From Bryobacterales bacterium (GTDB lineage: Bacteria > Acidobacteriota > Terriglobia > Bryobacterales > UBA6623), in assembly GCA_028819235.1 (NCBI GenBank), contig JAPPMC010000172.1, positions 21,366 to 85,365 on the forward strand: a stretch of 64,000 nucleotides of DNA, given 5' to 3'. The translations under genes were made by a program, and so were the position numbers. Under the pieces are notes generated by a model that saw only the letters and a list, made by a program, of their open reading frames with translations, was not told the DNA's origin and searched no databases. This document shows positions 27,744 to 37,436 of the stretch, in pieces. How positions within the stretch are numbered: position 1 is the first letter of the stretch; every line of letters starts with the position of its first letter.

Positions 27744-29177
27744 TCAGGCCAGCATGGCGTCAACCACCGTGCCGCCCACGTCGGTCAGCCGGAAGTCGCG
27801 TCCCGAGTGACGGTATGTGAGGCGCTCGTGGTCTATTCCGAGACAGTGCAGAACCGTCGCCTGCAGGTCATGAACGTGGACGGGATCTCGCTCGACTGTC
27901 AGGCCCAGCTCGTCCGTGCTGCCGATCACCTGTCCACCCTTGATTCCGCCTCCGGCAAACCACACGCTGAAACCGTCCGCATGGTGGTCCCGACCAATGT
28001 TCGCCGGATCGGAAGGATTCCGCCATTCGGCGAGGGACGTGCGACCGAACTCACCCGCCCAGATCACCAAGGTCTCATCCAGCAGGCCGCGCTGCTTCAG
28101 GTCTTGAACCAAGGCGGCCGCCGGCTGGTCAGTCGTGCGGCACTTCGCGCTGAGGCCCTTGTCAAGGTTGGTGTGGTGGTCCCACTGGGCGTGCTGGTTA
28201 AGGACGAAGCGAACACCACGCTCCACCAAGCGCCGCGCCAGAAGGCAGGTCATCCCGTAGTCGCGGGTCGCTGCGGCGTTCAGGCCGTACATTTCGCGGG
28301 TTCCATCGGACTCGTCGGAGACGTCGATCAGCTGGGGCGCGTCCGCCTGCATGCGGAACGCGAGCTCGTAGGCCGCAATGCGCGCCGCGATCTCGCGGTC
28401 GCCCGAGCGAGCCAACTGTTGTGAATTGAGCTCGCGAATGAGGTCAAGATCCTCGCGCTGCATCTCGGAGGAGACGCCAGGGGGATTAGACAGGTGCAGG
28501 ATCGGATCGCCAGTGCTGCGGAGCAGGACACCTCCATAGTTGGAAGGCAGAAAGCCGTTCGTCCAGTTCCCAGTGCTCCCCTGCGTGGACGAGCCGGTCT
28601 TCAGCACGACAAACCCCGGAAGATTCCGGGACTCGCTTCCCAGGCCGTAGGTGACCCAAGACCCTATAGTGGGCCGCCCGGGAATTGGACTGCCCGACAT
28701 GAGCAGGGCCTGGCCAGGGTGGTGATTCACAGACTCGCCCCGCACGGACCGAACCAAGCAGATCTCGTCCGCTATCTTGGCCGTGTGGGGCAGCCACTCG
28801 GAGAGCTCGATCCCGGACTGGCCAGCTGGCGCGAAGCGACGGCGGCTTGCCAGCACCTTGGCCGTCGGCTGGATGAATGCGAGCTGCAATTGGGAGGCCA
28901 CAGACGGAGGGAGCGACTGACCGTCCCACTTGTGCAACTCCGGCTTGGGATCAAACAGGTCGATCTGGCTGGGAGCCCCCGCCTGGAAGAGGAAGATGAC
29001 GTTCTTGGCTTTGGGCGCGAAATGCGGCTGGCGAGGCGCCAGCGGATCGGCTGACGCGGGCGCAGTGCGCCCCTCAACACCGAGCAGGTGGGCGAGTGCG
29101 CCTAACCCGGTCCCGAATAGCGTTCGCTCGAGAAAGTCGCGACGGGAGCGGATCACGCTCAGTTCAGGGATTGTCAT
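27744..29177 (-). CDS. DUF1501 domain protein (Tat signal)
   Basis: 477-aa ORF. Tat motif SRRDFLERTLFGTGLGA. DUF1501 blocks present (FLFQAGAPSQIDLFDPKP, GRDHHADGFSVWFAGGG, LQATVLHCLGIDHERLTY). Its start overlaps the upstream PSCyt gene stop by 4 nt. Confidence 0.9.
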   Translation of the reverse strand: MTIPELSVIRSRRDFLERTLFGTGLGALAHLLGVEGRTAPASADPLAPRQPHFAPKAKNVIFLFQAGAPSQIDLFDPKPELHKWDGQSLPPSVASQLQLAFIQPTAKVLASRRRFAPAGQSGIELSEWLPHTAKIADEICLVRSVRGESVNHHPGQALLMSGSPIPGRPTIGSWVTYGLGSESRNLPGFVVLKTGSSTQGSTGNWTNGFLPSNYGGVLLRSTGDPILHLSNPPGVSSEMQREDLDLIRELNSQQLARSGDREIAARIAAYELAFRMQADAPQLIDVSDESDGTREMYGLNAAATRDYGMTCLLARRLVERGVRFVLNQHAQWDHHTNLDKGLSAKCRTTDQPAAALVQDLKQRGLLDETLVIWAGEFGRTSLAEWRNPSDPANIGRDHHADGFSVWFAGGGIKGGQVIGSTDELGLTVERDPVHVHDLQATVLHCLGIDHERLTYRHSGRDFRLTDVGGTVVDAMLA

Positions 29178-31738
29178 GGCCGAGTCACAAATTCGTCCAG
29201 GTTCATGAGCACCCTGCCGACGCCGGTCCAGGCCACCAGCTCGTTATTGTCGATACCTTCGACACTGGGTAGAGTGGCGGAGCCACCGTGCTCGCCCTGC
29301 CCGGCCGCCAAGCGCCCGTCAACATACTGCTCGAAGCGGCCAATCTCGGCTTCGGTTGGCTCGCGACCAAGTACAAGGTTGAAGGCATAACGCAGCCGAC
29401 CCCTCAGCGAAGCCGTTGGTGCTTGGGACAGTACCCGGACCGCGAGGGCACGCCACGCTTCGGCAAAGGTGGGGTCGTTTAGCAGATTGAGTGCTTGGAG
29501 CGGCGTGTTCGAGCGTTCTCGCCGACATGCAGGGGCACGAAAGTCGGGAGAGTCGAATGTCACCAGGTACGGGAATGGCTGGGTGCGCTGGAACTGAATG
29601 TACATGCCGCGTTTGTAGCGCTCCGCACCCGTGCTGGGCATCCAATCCGTGCCTCCTGCCTTGAATCCGGTCGTGCCCTCCGGCATGGCGGGACGGAAGC
29701 TTCGACCGCCGACATCCGGGTGCAAGAGGCCGGAAGACGCCAAGGCCCTGTCCCAGATCAACTCCGCCGGCAGCCGCAGGCGGCTCTGTCGCGCGAGCAG
29801 CACATTCGACGGGTCTCGCTGGGCCAGGTCTTCCCGCACACGGGCCGACTGCTTGTACGTTTCCGACGTCACGATCAGACGGTGCAGGTGCTTGATATCC
29901 CAGCCGCTGTCCCGAAGCTCGGCAGCCAGCCAGTCGAGGAGATGCGGGTGACTTGGCGGGGAGCCCTGCGTGCCGAAGTCCTCCGATGTCCGCACCAGCC
30001 CCTGGCCGAAGTACTCCTGCCAGACTCGATTGACCACGACGCGTGCGGTGAGCGGATTCCCTTCGGAGAATAGCCACCGCGCTAGGGCAAGCCTGTCAGC
30101 GACAGGTTCCGTCGAGGCCGGCAGGGCATGCGGTGTGCGTGGGGATACCTCGATCCCAGGTCGATCCCAGCTGCCCCTGACACGCAGGAAGGTGGGGCGA
30201 CGGCTGGCGCGTTCCCGGACAATGCGAGCCTCGCTGGGCTGAGGGAAGCGCCTGTGGAGTTCGCTGAGTTGCCGCAGGGCATCAGGGAATCGTAATTCCT
30301 TGGCCTTCTCCCCTCCCACAACGAGACTGTATGCACGCAGGAAGTAGTAGGTGACCATGTTTGCCTGACGCCAGGTCCGGCGCTCGGGAGGGACGCGCAC
30401 GACCTCTTGGCCCCCGTCCGTGTTCAGGCCGAGCTCCTGCCAAGCCAAGTCGTAGTCCAGATAGACGCCCGGATTGGCGCCGGCCTGAAGGCTGCGGCGT
30501 TCCCAGTCCGCCTGCAGCGCGGGCACGTTGTGATCGTCCAAGATGCGCTGGTGCTCACGCCGGTAATCATTGACCCTCTGCAGGTAAGGCCCCATCTCTC
30601 CCGAGAGGGGTGCGTAGATCATCGCCTCGTCAAGGTTGTCGAAGTACGCGAACACCTGATAGAAGTCGCGCTGCGACAGCGGGTCATACTTGTGATCGTG
30701 GCACTGCGCGCAGCCGAGGGTGAGCCCCAGCCAGACTGTGCCAAACGTGCCGGTCCGGTCAATGGTCTCCTCGAAAGCGTATTGGGCCGGATTGACGCCA
30801 CCTTCACGGTTGCGCAGTGTGTTGCGGTGAAATCCGGTGGCGACCAGATCCTCGACAGTGCGGTCGGGCACGAGATCTCCGGCTATCTGGAGGGTCGAGA
30901 ACTGGTCGAATCCCATGCCTGCGTTGAGTGCGTCAATCACCCAGCGCCGGTAACGCCAAGCGTGCGGGCGGACCAGATCCTTCGCGTAACCGTCCGAGTC
31001 GGCATAGCGCACCTGGTCCAGCCAGTGCATGGCTTGCTTCTCGCCAAAGTGGTCCGAAGCGAGCAGCCGCTCAACCGCGCGCCCGTAAGCACCCCTGCTG
31101 CCATCGTCGAGGTAGACGCGCTGTTCTTCCGGTGTCGGAGGAAGGCCTATCAGGTCAAGGTTGAGGCGGGTGAGCAATGTCTTGGGGTCTGCTACAGGTG
31201 CCGGCTCAATACCCTCCGAGTGTAGGCGCGCCCGCACAAAGTGGTCCACCGGGTGATCTCCGGCAGGGACGGACGGGCGGACTATCGGCTGGAACGCCCA
31301 GTGTCTCTCCGCATCTGAGGCAGCTTCGCCTGCCGAGCCTCGCGAGCCTTCCTCGGGCCAATGCGCGCCTTGATCGATCCACGCACGCAACACGCCGATC
31401 TCCGCCGCCGACAACGGATCTCCCACGGGAGGCATGACCACCTTCACTCGATACCCCGCCACCATGTGGACCAGACGGCTCTCCCGGGAATTGCCGGGCA
31501 GTATAGCGGGGCCCGAGTGCCCTCCCCTCATGGCATCGGCGCGCCGGTCAAGGCGGAGACCGTTCATCGCGTTCGCGGAACCGTGGCAAGCCTGGCAGCG
31601 GTCCCTCAGGATTGGCTGGACGTGGGTCCCGAAGTCTATCCGCTCGGTCACCGGCTCCGGCATTTCGCCGGGCTGGGCGAAAGAGGCGGTGACGCCGAGA
31701 AGGACGCAACCAACCGAAACGGTGCGCAAGGGCAGCAT
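29174..31738 (-). CDS. PSCyt1 cytochrome c + DUF1549 + DUF1553 (PSD1) protein
   Basis: CQACHG motif, a DUF1549 block (HWLDQVRYADSDGYAKDLVRPHAWRYRRWVI), a DUF1553 block (CAQCHDHKYDPLSQRDFYQVFAYF) and a PSD1 tail (LMNLDEFVTRP). Start set at the internal ATG (MLPLRTVSVGCVLLGVTASFAQ, signal peptide). The 125-codon upstream extension in the track is Arg-rich and implausible. Confidence 0.85.
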   Translation of the reverse strand: MLPLRTVSVGCVLLGVTASFAQPGEMPEPVTERIDFGTHVQPILRDRCQACHGSANAMNGLRLDRRADAMRGGHSGPAILPGNSRESRLVHMVAGYRVKVVMPPVGDPLSAAEIGVLRAWIDQGAHWPEEGSRGSAGEAASDAERHWAFQPIVRPSVPAGDHPVDHFVRARLHSEGIEPAPVADPKTLLTRLNLDLIGLPPTPEEQRVYLDDGSRGAYGRAVERLLASDHFGEKQAMHWLDQVRYADSDGYAKDLVRPHAWRYRRWVIDALNAGMGFDQFSTLQIAGDLVPDRTVEDLVATGFHRNTLRNREGGVNPAQYAFEETIDRTGTFGTVWLGLTLGCAQCHDHKYDPLSQRDFYQVFAYFDNLDEAMIYAPLSGEMGPYLQRVNDYRREHQRILDDHNVPALQADWERRSLQAGANPGVYLDYDLAWQELGLNTDGGQEVVRVPPERRTWRQANMVTYYFLRAYSLVVGGEKAKELRFPDALRQLSELHRRFPQPSEARIVRERASRRPTFLRVRGSWDRPGIEVSPRTPHALPASTEPVADRLALARWLFSEGNPLTARVVVNRVWQEYFGQGLVRTSEDFGTQGSPPSHPHLLDWLAAELRDSGWDIKHLHRLIVTSETYKQSARVREDLAQRDPSNVLLARQSRLRLPAELIWDRALASSGLLHPDVGGRSFRPAMPEGTTGFKAGGTDWMPSTGAERYKRGMYIQFQRTQPFPYLVTFDSPDFRAPACRRERSNTPLQALNLLNDPTFAEAWRALAVRVLSQAPTASLRGRLRYAFNLVLGREPTEAEIGRFEQYVDGRLAAGQGEHGGSATLPSVEGIDNNELVAWTGVGRVLMNLDEFVTRP

Positions 31739-32333
31739 CAATCTCCCCGCCGGAAACAGGCAGGACAGTGGCCGGTCCCGGACTTCGCCGCGGGGGCTCC
31801 ACCGGACGACCGTCCCGCGCAACTTCTCACGCACCCATCGTAACGGTTGGGTCGATCCGACGGAAGCCAGTCGGTCAGACCGAAGCCAACCGAACCGAGT
31901 CGGACGACGCCCGCGCGGGCGGCCACGCGCACGCGATCGGTGGAAGATGTCTGCCGGCCGCTCCGAGGCCTGCATCGGGCGCTGAGGCATTCGGAGACGA
32001 ATGGCAGTGGTTATCAGCAAGCTGCGCCCTGTCTCGCGCATAACAACGGTCGCTAGGTTGAGGTCCTCACGCTTGATCTCTCTTAGTGAAACGCTGGCGA
32101 CCGGCCAATACATCGGTCAACTTCCGCGTTTGGAGCGCCGAAAACCCGTGGATTGGTCCTGTTTCGGCGCTTGCGAGCGGTCTAGAACGACAGAAAAGTG
32201 CGGAAACGTACCGAAGACTGCCCCATCGTTGTCTCATCCGTGCTACGATCACTGCGGCATTAGCGCTTTATGCTGCAGAACGCATGGGGCGCTTCCAATG
32301 CCTTGTAGCAGGACAACGAAAATAGGAGGTCAA

Positions 32334-32660
32334 ATGGCAAACAAGGTCTTGATTGGGATCGCTGCTCTGGTGGCGATCGTGGATGCTCTGGCTCCGGATC
32401 TCGCGGGCGCAGGCATCGCGTCGCTGCTCTTGGTGCTCGTCGGCCTGATCTACGCCGCACTTGCCTGGGATCCCGAAGACGCGACCGGTGAGCTGATTGT
32501 GGCAGTGGCTGTTGGCGCAGCCGCAAGCGCGGACGTGCTGAACCACATTCCGGCGATCGGCGGGCACTTGGACGCGATTGTCGGGCACCTCAGCACAGTG
32601 CTGTATTCAGGTGTGGCCACAGTCTTGGCGATGAGGATCCTCAATCGGCTGAAGGGCTGA
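32334..32660 (+). CDS. Small hypothetical membrane protein (108 aa, about 3 TM helices)
   Basis: The ATG at 32334 is preceded by AGGAGG (5-nt spacer). The sequence is MANKVLIGIAALVAIVDALAPDLAGAGIASLLLVLVGLIYAALAW..., hydrophobic-helix rich. The track ORF begins far upstream (32001) in non-coding-looking sequence. Confidence 0.55.
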   Translation: MANKVLIGIAALVAIVDALAPDLAGAGIASLLLVLVGLIYAALAWDPEDATGELIVAVAVGAAASADVLNHIPAIGGHLDAIVGHLSTVLYSGVATVLAMRILNRLKG

Positions 32661-33106
32661 GAGGTGTCCTGACTGCCTTCGGCAAGGACGCCACAGGCGT
32701 GGCTTGCACACTATGTAGTGGGTGAGCCGGGTGCGGGTTCAATATCTGCCACCTCAAGCGTCGGTGGCAACCGGGGCCGTCGGTCGCCAGGAATTGATGA
32801 GGAGTTCTCGGGAGCGTTGCCGGACTGAGCCGTGATCCGAAGTCCTTGCCGTAGGCTATCTCGACTGGGGCCGTCTGGCCGTCTGGCGATGCGACTGCGG
32901 TGCAAGGTCGGCGGCGCCGGTTCGGCTTTCTCGACGACAGGTCGGGAGATGCCCGGAACGCAGGTCGGTGGGCGTTGGCCCGGCGGCCAGTCTTGCGTGA
33001 CCACGGCGTTCCATTCAAAGGATTCGTCGGCATGACCGAAATCGTTCTTGGGAACCATCTCAAGGCCAAGAATCAAGGCGAGTGTGGGCTAGGGTCTCTG
33101 AGGTTG

Positions 33107-33152
33107 GCGAGCGGCTGCGGTAGTCCGTAGCCGCTCGCGTTTGCTTTGCTTT
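33107..33152 (+). terminator. Candidate rho-independent terminator (plus-strand orientation)
   Basis: A perfect 10-bp GC-rich stem, GCGAGCGGCT (33107-33116) / AGCCGCTCGC (33129-33138), with a 12-nt loop. It is followed by the T-rich GTTTGCTTTGCTTTGG. The T-tract is on the plus-strand side only. Confidence 0.45.
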
Positions 33153-33981
33153 GGTCCTGATTTGGGCCATCAGGGAATCGCTGGGAGCAGAGAATATCTT
33201 TGGCGTTAGCGAGTGTTAAGTTTTGGTAAATCGGTCAGCTATTAGCTTGGGCATACGTTGAACATTTCTTGGGCCCTATGGTTTCTTGATGGGGTCCTCG
33301 GGCAGCCACGAAACCAATGGGGCGAACGCCCGGAGGTGCGCTGGCACCCATAGCCAGGGCCCATGCCGAACCGAGTAGGCCCTGCACGTCATTGGTCCGT
33401 CCCGCCACTGGGTAGGGCGGCACGGCGGGCCAGCCAACGGAAGGTCCGCTCACCCCACTGACGCCTTGTTGCGGGGGACCGGCTGGCCGCCCTTTACGCG
33501 TGCGCCCCGAAGGCCAGTGCCAAGGAACGAGACCGCTCCGATGTCCAGATTCGGTATCTGGTGCCCAGCGACGGCTCGCGTCCTCGACCAATGGGCGGAG
33601 TGGGCGACACTGCATGGGTTCGCAGGTCGTGTCACTCGCTCTCCAGACGTTCCGATACCGGGCGGTCCCGTATGGCATCCGCTGAGGACACGGCGCAGGG
33701 AGCATCGGAACGGGCCGGCCGTCGGCATGCTCGGGCGCACGGGCAAACAGTGGCAGGCGCTCACCGGACCCGCGACCGGGCTGCCCGATCTCCAATAGCG
33801 AAGTCGTAAGCAGCAAGATCTGCCCGCGTGGACCGGAGGTGGACAAGTTTGCACTGCCATTTGGAAGCACGGGGCCGGGCCACCACGCCCATTGAGCCGC
33901 CGTGAAGCGCGTCGACAACTGGTTCAGGGGGCGATGGCCAACTCTAGGCCGGTCCTACGCCGATTGGGACGCACGCAAGGG

Positions 33982-36900
33982 TCAGAAGACCAGCTTCAGC
34001 CCAAGTTGCACTAGGCGCGGGCGCCGCGTCCCGCCGACGAGGCCGAAGTTTCGGTTGGCCACATTGCCGTTGGGATTGAGGAACTGGGCGTGGTTGAAGG
34101 CGTTGAACATTTCCACCCGGAACTGCACGAACCGAGCCTCGCCGAGCGCCACCTGCTTCTGAATGCCGATGTCGAACTGGTTCAGGCCGGGGCCGCTGAT
34201 CGGCGCGCGGTCCGAGTTGCCGAAGAAGCCGCGCTCGGTGTTTTGGAAACAGCTCCTGTCGATGAACAGGCGGTCCCTTCGCAGGTCCACGTTGGAGAGG
34301 TTCCCTGAACAGGTTCTGTTGGGGCGATGGCCGACAAACGGGCTGCCGGTGCGGTTCGGAACGGTGATAAGGATTGGCAGGCCGTTGGAGAAGGTGGCGA
34401 TCGTGGTGACGTTCCACCCGCCGACCACGGCGTCGGCCGCCTTGCCCATGCCTGAGCCGAAGCGCCGGCCCCGGCCAAGAGGCAGCTCCCAGATGGCGCT
34501 GACCACACCGCGGTGCTTGACGTTGAAAGACGTCGGGCCCTTGTCGAGGGCACGATTGGTGGCGATCTGGTTGTTGGTCGCGCCCCCGAGCTCCCAGCCA
34601 TCGTAGAGGGCCTTGCCGAACGTGTACTCGACCCGAAAGTCCAGCCCTCCGGACATGCGATGGTGGTAGCGGGCGATCAAGGCGTTGTAGCTGGAATTGG
34701 CATTGAAGTCAGACTGCAGGATCGCGTTGTACCTGAGATAGGGCCGTGTCGACCGGTCACAGCGCAGGTCGGGCCCGACTTGGCACTGATTGTTGTCGTA
34801 GCGATTCTGCTGGCGATGGCCGCTGTTGCCCAGGTAGCTGAGCTCAAGCAGGTCGTTGTCGCCCAGCGTCCGCTGCACGGAGAGGTTCCACTGTTGGACA
34901 TAGGGCGTCCGGCCCTCCTCCTGCAGCGTGAACGGAGTAATGCCCGAGGGCAAGTTCTGAGCGAAGTTGTCGTCGATCGGCGGAAGCGGCACAACAGGAA
35001 AGATGTTCACCCCCGGTATGAACTCTGGGATGAGCTTGCCCGTGTTGATCGCATCGACACTGTTCGTGAACGGGGGCCCGACCGCGGAGAACTGGAGCTC
35101 GATCAGCTGCATGTCCGAGAAGTAAGCGCCGGCTCCCGCCCGGATCACGGTCTTGTCGTCCAGCTGCCAAGCAAGGCCGAGTCGCGGGGCGAAGTTGTCG
35201 CTGTCCGGCTCGATGACGCGCGGGTCCACCTGTCCCAAGACGGCAAACTCGAGTAGGCCCGTCGCCGGATCGAATCCGTGCGGAAAGTCGGCTGCCCTGC
35301 CCTGCGGGTTCGGAATCGTGTCCTTGAACCACGAGAGCCCCCAATTGAGGGTCAGGTTGCGCCGAACCTTCCAAGTGTCCTGAACATACGGCATGAACTG
35401 CGTGTGGCGGTATGGCAGCATCGGCAAGCCGCGCGTGCTGCCGCGATCGGGCGTTCCAAGGAGGTAGTCCGCAAAGGCATTCCCGCTGCGGCCGTCAGGT
35501 GTCAGGTTCCCGGCCGCATTCGTTGCCAACTGTGCGGAATACACGCGGTTGTACCTCAGGCCCCCGTGCGCACCCGCATTGGCGTTCTGCTGCCAGGTCC
35601 GCCGGTAGCGAATGCTCGCTCCGAACCGGAACTGATGATTTCCCGAGATGTACGTCATTCCCGGATCCAACTGATAGTTGTTGTCGATGTTTCCGAGATC
35701 GCCGTTCGATCGCCCAAACCCGGTGAAGCCTTGGATGCCCTGCGCGAATACGCCGCGGGTGTCAAACGTGCCGGTGATGCCGAGCGGCGTGAGGATGTCT
35801 CCTACCTCACGGGCTTCGTTGCTGAACAGGGCCTGATTGCGGGAGACCCCCAAACGGAGGGTGCTGATCCACTTCGGCGAGATCGTGTAGGTGTGCTGGA
35901 TCATCCACATGGCGAACTCGTTCGGATAGAACGCCCCGCTTAGCGGAAACGCGCCGGGCCGCACGGCGGCGTTGTCAGACCAGATGAACTGGCTGAACAG
36001 GCTCTGCTTGGGGGTGAGCTGTGTGTCGATTCGAACGTTGAATTGGTTGTCATCGACGGTGTTCCTAGGGTGCACGAAGAGGTTGTTCGGGCGCTGGTGA
36101 AAGCTGGATCCCGGCAAGTAGTACTGCAGGAGGTTCTCCGAGACCGAGTTGAAGCGCGATCTGGGGACCGCCTGGTTCGGGAACGGGTTTCGCCTGCCAG
36201 CCTCGCGATCAAGAGTGTCAGGGTCATGTATGACGAACGGATCCTCGGAGAAGTCCCCGCCGAACATGGCCTGCGTCGGCGTGAACACGCCGCGGGAAAA
36301 CGCCACCCGCTCCCGCATTCCCTCATACCCACCGCGGAACCAGACCTTGTTCGGCACGACCGGCCCGCCTACCGCGAAGCCGAACTGGTTCCGCTTTAGC
36401 TCTTCCGGTCCGGGCGCAAAGAAGCTCCGAGCGTCGAGCGCCGTATTGCGCACGAATTCGAACAGCTCGCCGTGGAACTCGTTCGTGCCGCCGCGGGTCG
36501 TGACGTTCACCATCGAGGGATTCGGGCCCTGGTCCGGCATGAAGAAGCTGGACTGCACCTTGAACTGGTCAACATTGGCGACGGAAACGTTGATGGCCAA
36601 CTCGCCGCCGCGTGCGCCGCGCACTTGGATGCCATTGATGGTGTAACTGTTGTTGGCTGCCTTGACGCCGCCCACCACCACGAAGCGCCCCGGATGACCG
36701 ATCTGGCCCGCGAAGGAAGCCCTCCCCTCGGCCGGAGCAGTGCCGCCAGAGAGCAGTGCCAGCTGCAAGAAATTCCGACCGTTGAGCGGGAGCTCGTTGA
36801 CGCGTTCCGAGTCCACTACGGTTCCGATGGCGTTCGACTCGGTCTCCAGCAGTACGGCGGCTGCCTCGACGGTCACCACTTCAGTGACCTGGCCGATGTC

Positions 36901-37236
36901 CAGAGCGAGGTCCACGACAGCCCGCTGGCCGACTTGGACCTGAAGGTCCGTGACCTCCTTGGTCGCAAAACCGTCCGCTGACACACGAACGGAGTACACG
37001 CCGGGAGTGACGTCTGGGTAGGTGTAATTCCCTGACTCGTTGGAAGACACCTGCTGCTCGGACCCTCTGTCGGGACTGATCAGGATCACATCCGCACCCG
37101 GGATAACCCCTCCGGTGGCGTCGGTTACCGTTCCAGACACCGAGGCGCTTCCGGACACCCCCTGACCGGATGCGCTGGTTGCCACCAGCAAGGCCATGGC
37201 TATGGCCTGGGCGATGGAATAGGATCGACTGATCAT
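33982..37236 (-). CDS. TonB-dependent receptor with carboxypeptidase-regulatory-like domain
   Basis: Start at MISRSYSIAQAIAMALLVATSASGQ, with GGAGG upstream. CarboxypepD_reg start VSGTVTDATGGVIPG. C-terminal barrel motif (PRLVQLGLKLVF). It is a paralogue of 9022-12354. Confidence 0.9.
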   Translation of the reverse strand: MISRSYSIAQAIAMALLVATSASGQGVSGSASVSGTVTDATGGVIPGADVILISPDRGSEQQVSSNESGNYTYPDVTPGVYSVRVSADGFATKEVTDLQVQVGQRAVVDLALDIGQVTEVVTVEAAAVLLETESNAIGTVVDSERVNELPLNGRNFLQLALLSGGTAPAEGRASFAGQIGHPGRFVVVGGVKAANNSYTINGIQVRGARGGELAINVSVANVDQFKVQSSFFMPDQGPNPSMVNVTTRGGTNEFHGELFEFVRNTALDARSFFAPGPEELKRNQFGFAVGGPVVPNKVWFRGGYEGMRERVAFSRGVFTPTQAMFGGDFSEDPFVIHDPDTLDREAGRRNPFPNQAVPRSRFNSVSENLLQYYLPGSSFHQRPNNLFVHPRNTVDDNQFNVRIDTQLTPKQSLFSQFIWSDNAAVRPGAFPLSGAFYPNEFAMWMIQHTYTISPKWISTLRLGVSRNQALFSNEAREVGDILTPLGITGTFDTRGVFAQGIQGFTGFGRSNGDLGNIDNNYQLDPGMTYISGNHQFRFGASIRYRRTWQQNANAGAHGGLRYNRVYSAQLATNAAGNLTPDGRSGNAFADYLLGTPDRGSTRGLPMLPYRHTQFMPYVQDTWKVRRNLTLNWGLSWFKDTIPNPQGRAADFPHGFDPATGLLEFAVLGQVDPRVIEPDSDNFAPRLGLAWQLDDKTVIRAGAGAYFSDMQLIELQFSAVGPPFTNSVDAINTGKLIPEFIPGVNIFPVVPLPPIDDNFAQNLPSGITPFTLQEEGRTPYVQQWNLSVQRTLGDNDLLELSYLGNSGHRQQNRYDNNQCQVGPDLRCDRSTRPYLRYNAILQSDFNANSSYNALIARYHHRMSGGLDFRVEYTFGKALYDGWELGGATNNQIATNRALDKGPTSFNVKHRGVVSAIWELPLGRGRRFGSGMGKAADAVVGGWNVTTIATFSNGLPILITVPNRTGSPFVGHRPNRTCSGNLSNVDLRRDRLFIDRSCFQNTERGFFGNSDRAPISGPGLNQFDIGIQKQVALGEARFVQFRVEMFNAFNHAQFLNPNGNVANRNFGLVGGTRRPRLVQLGLKLVF

Positions 37237-37436
37237 TGAACCTCCTTCAGGGACGCACACCGGTACACGCCATGCGACCGCCCGGATCCTACCACTTGCG
37301 GCAACCGCGACGGCGCACTTAAGGCGCGGTCATGACTCACCAGACGTCACTCGGGGCGCTGGGGCCCGGAGACGCCGATCCGGTCTCGTGGCGGTGACGA
37401 TTCGGCCCAGGGGTTCGCTCGCAGCGCGCGAGAAGA

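Noticed and set aside
33235-33918. A 227-aa minus-strand ORF, the longest in the 32.7-34.0 kb gap.
   Set aside because: Its composition (W/P/G/R-rich, no hydrophobic core pattern) is not protein-like, and it overlaps equally long ORFs in other frames. The region is reported as unassigned instead.
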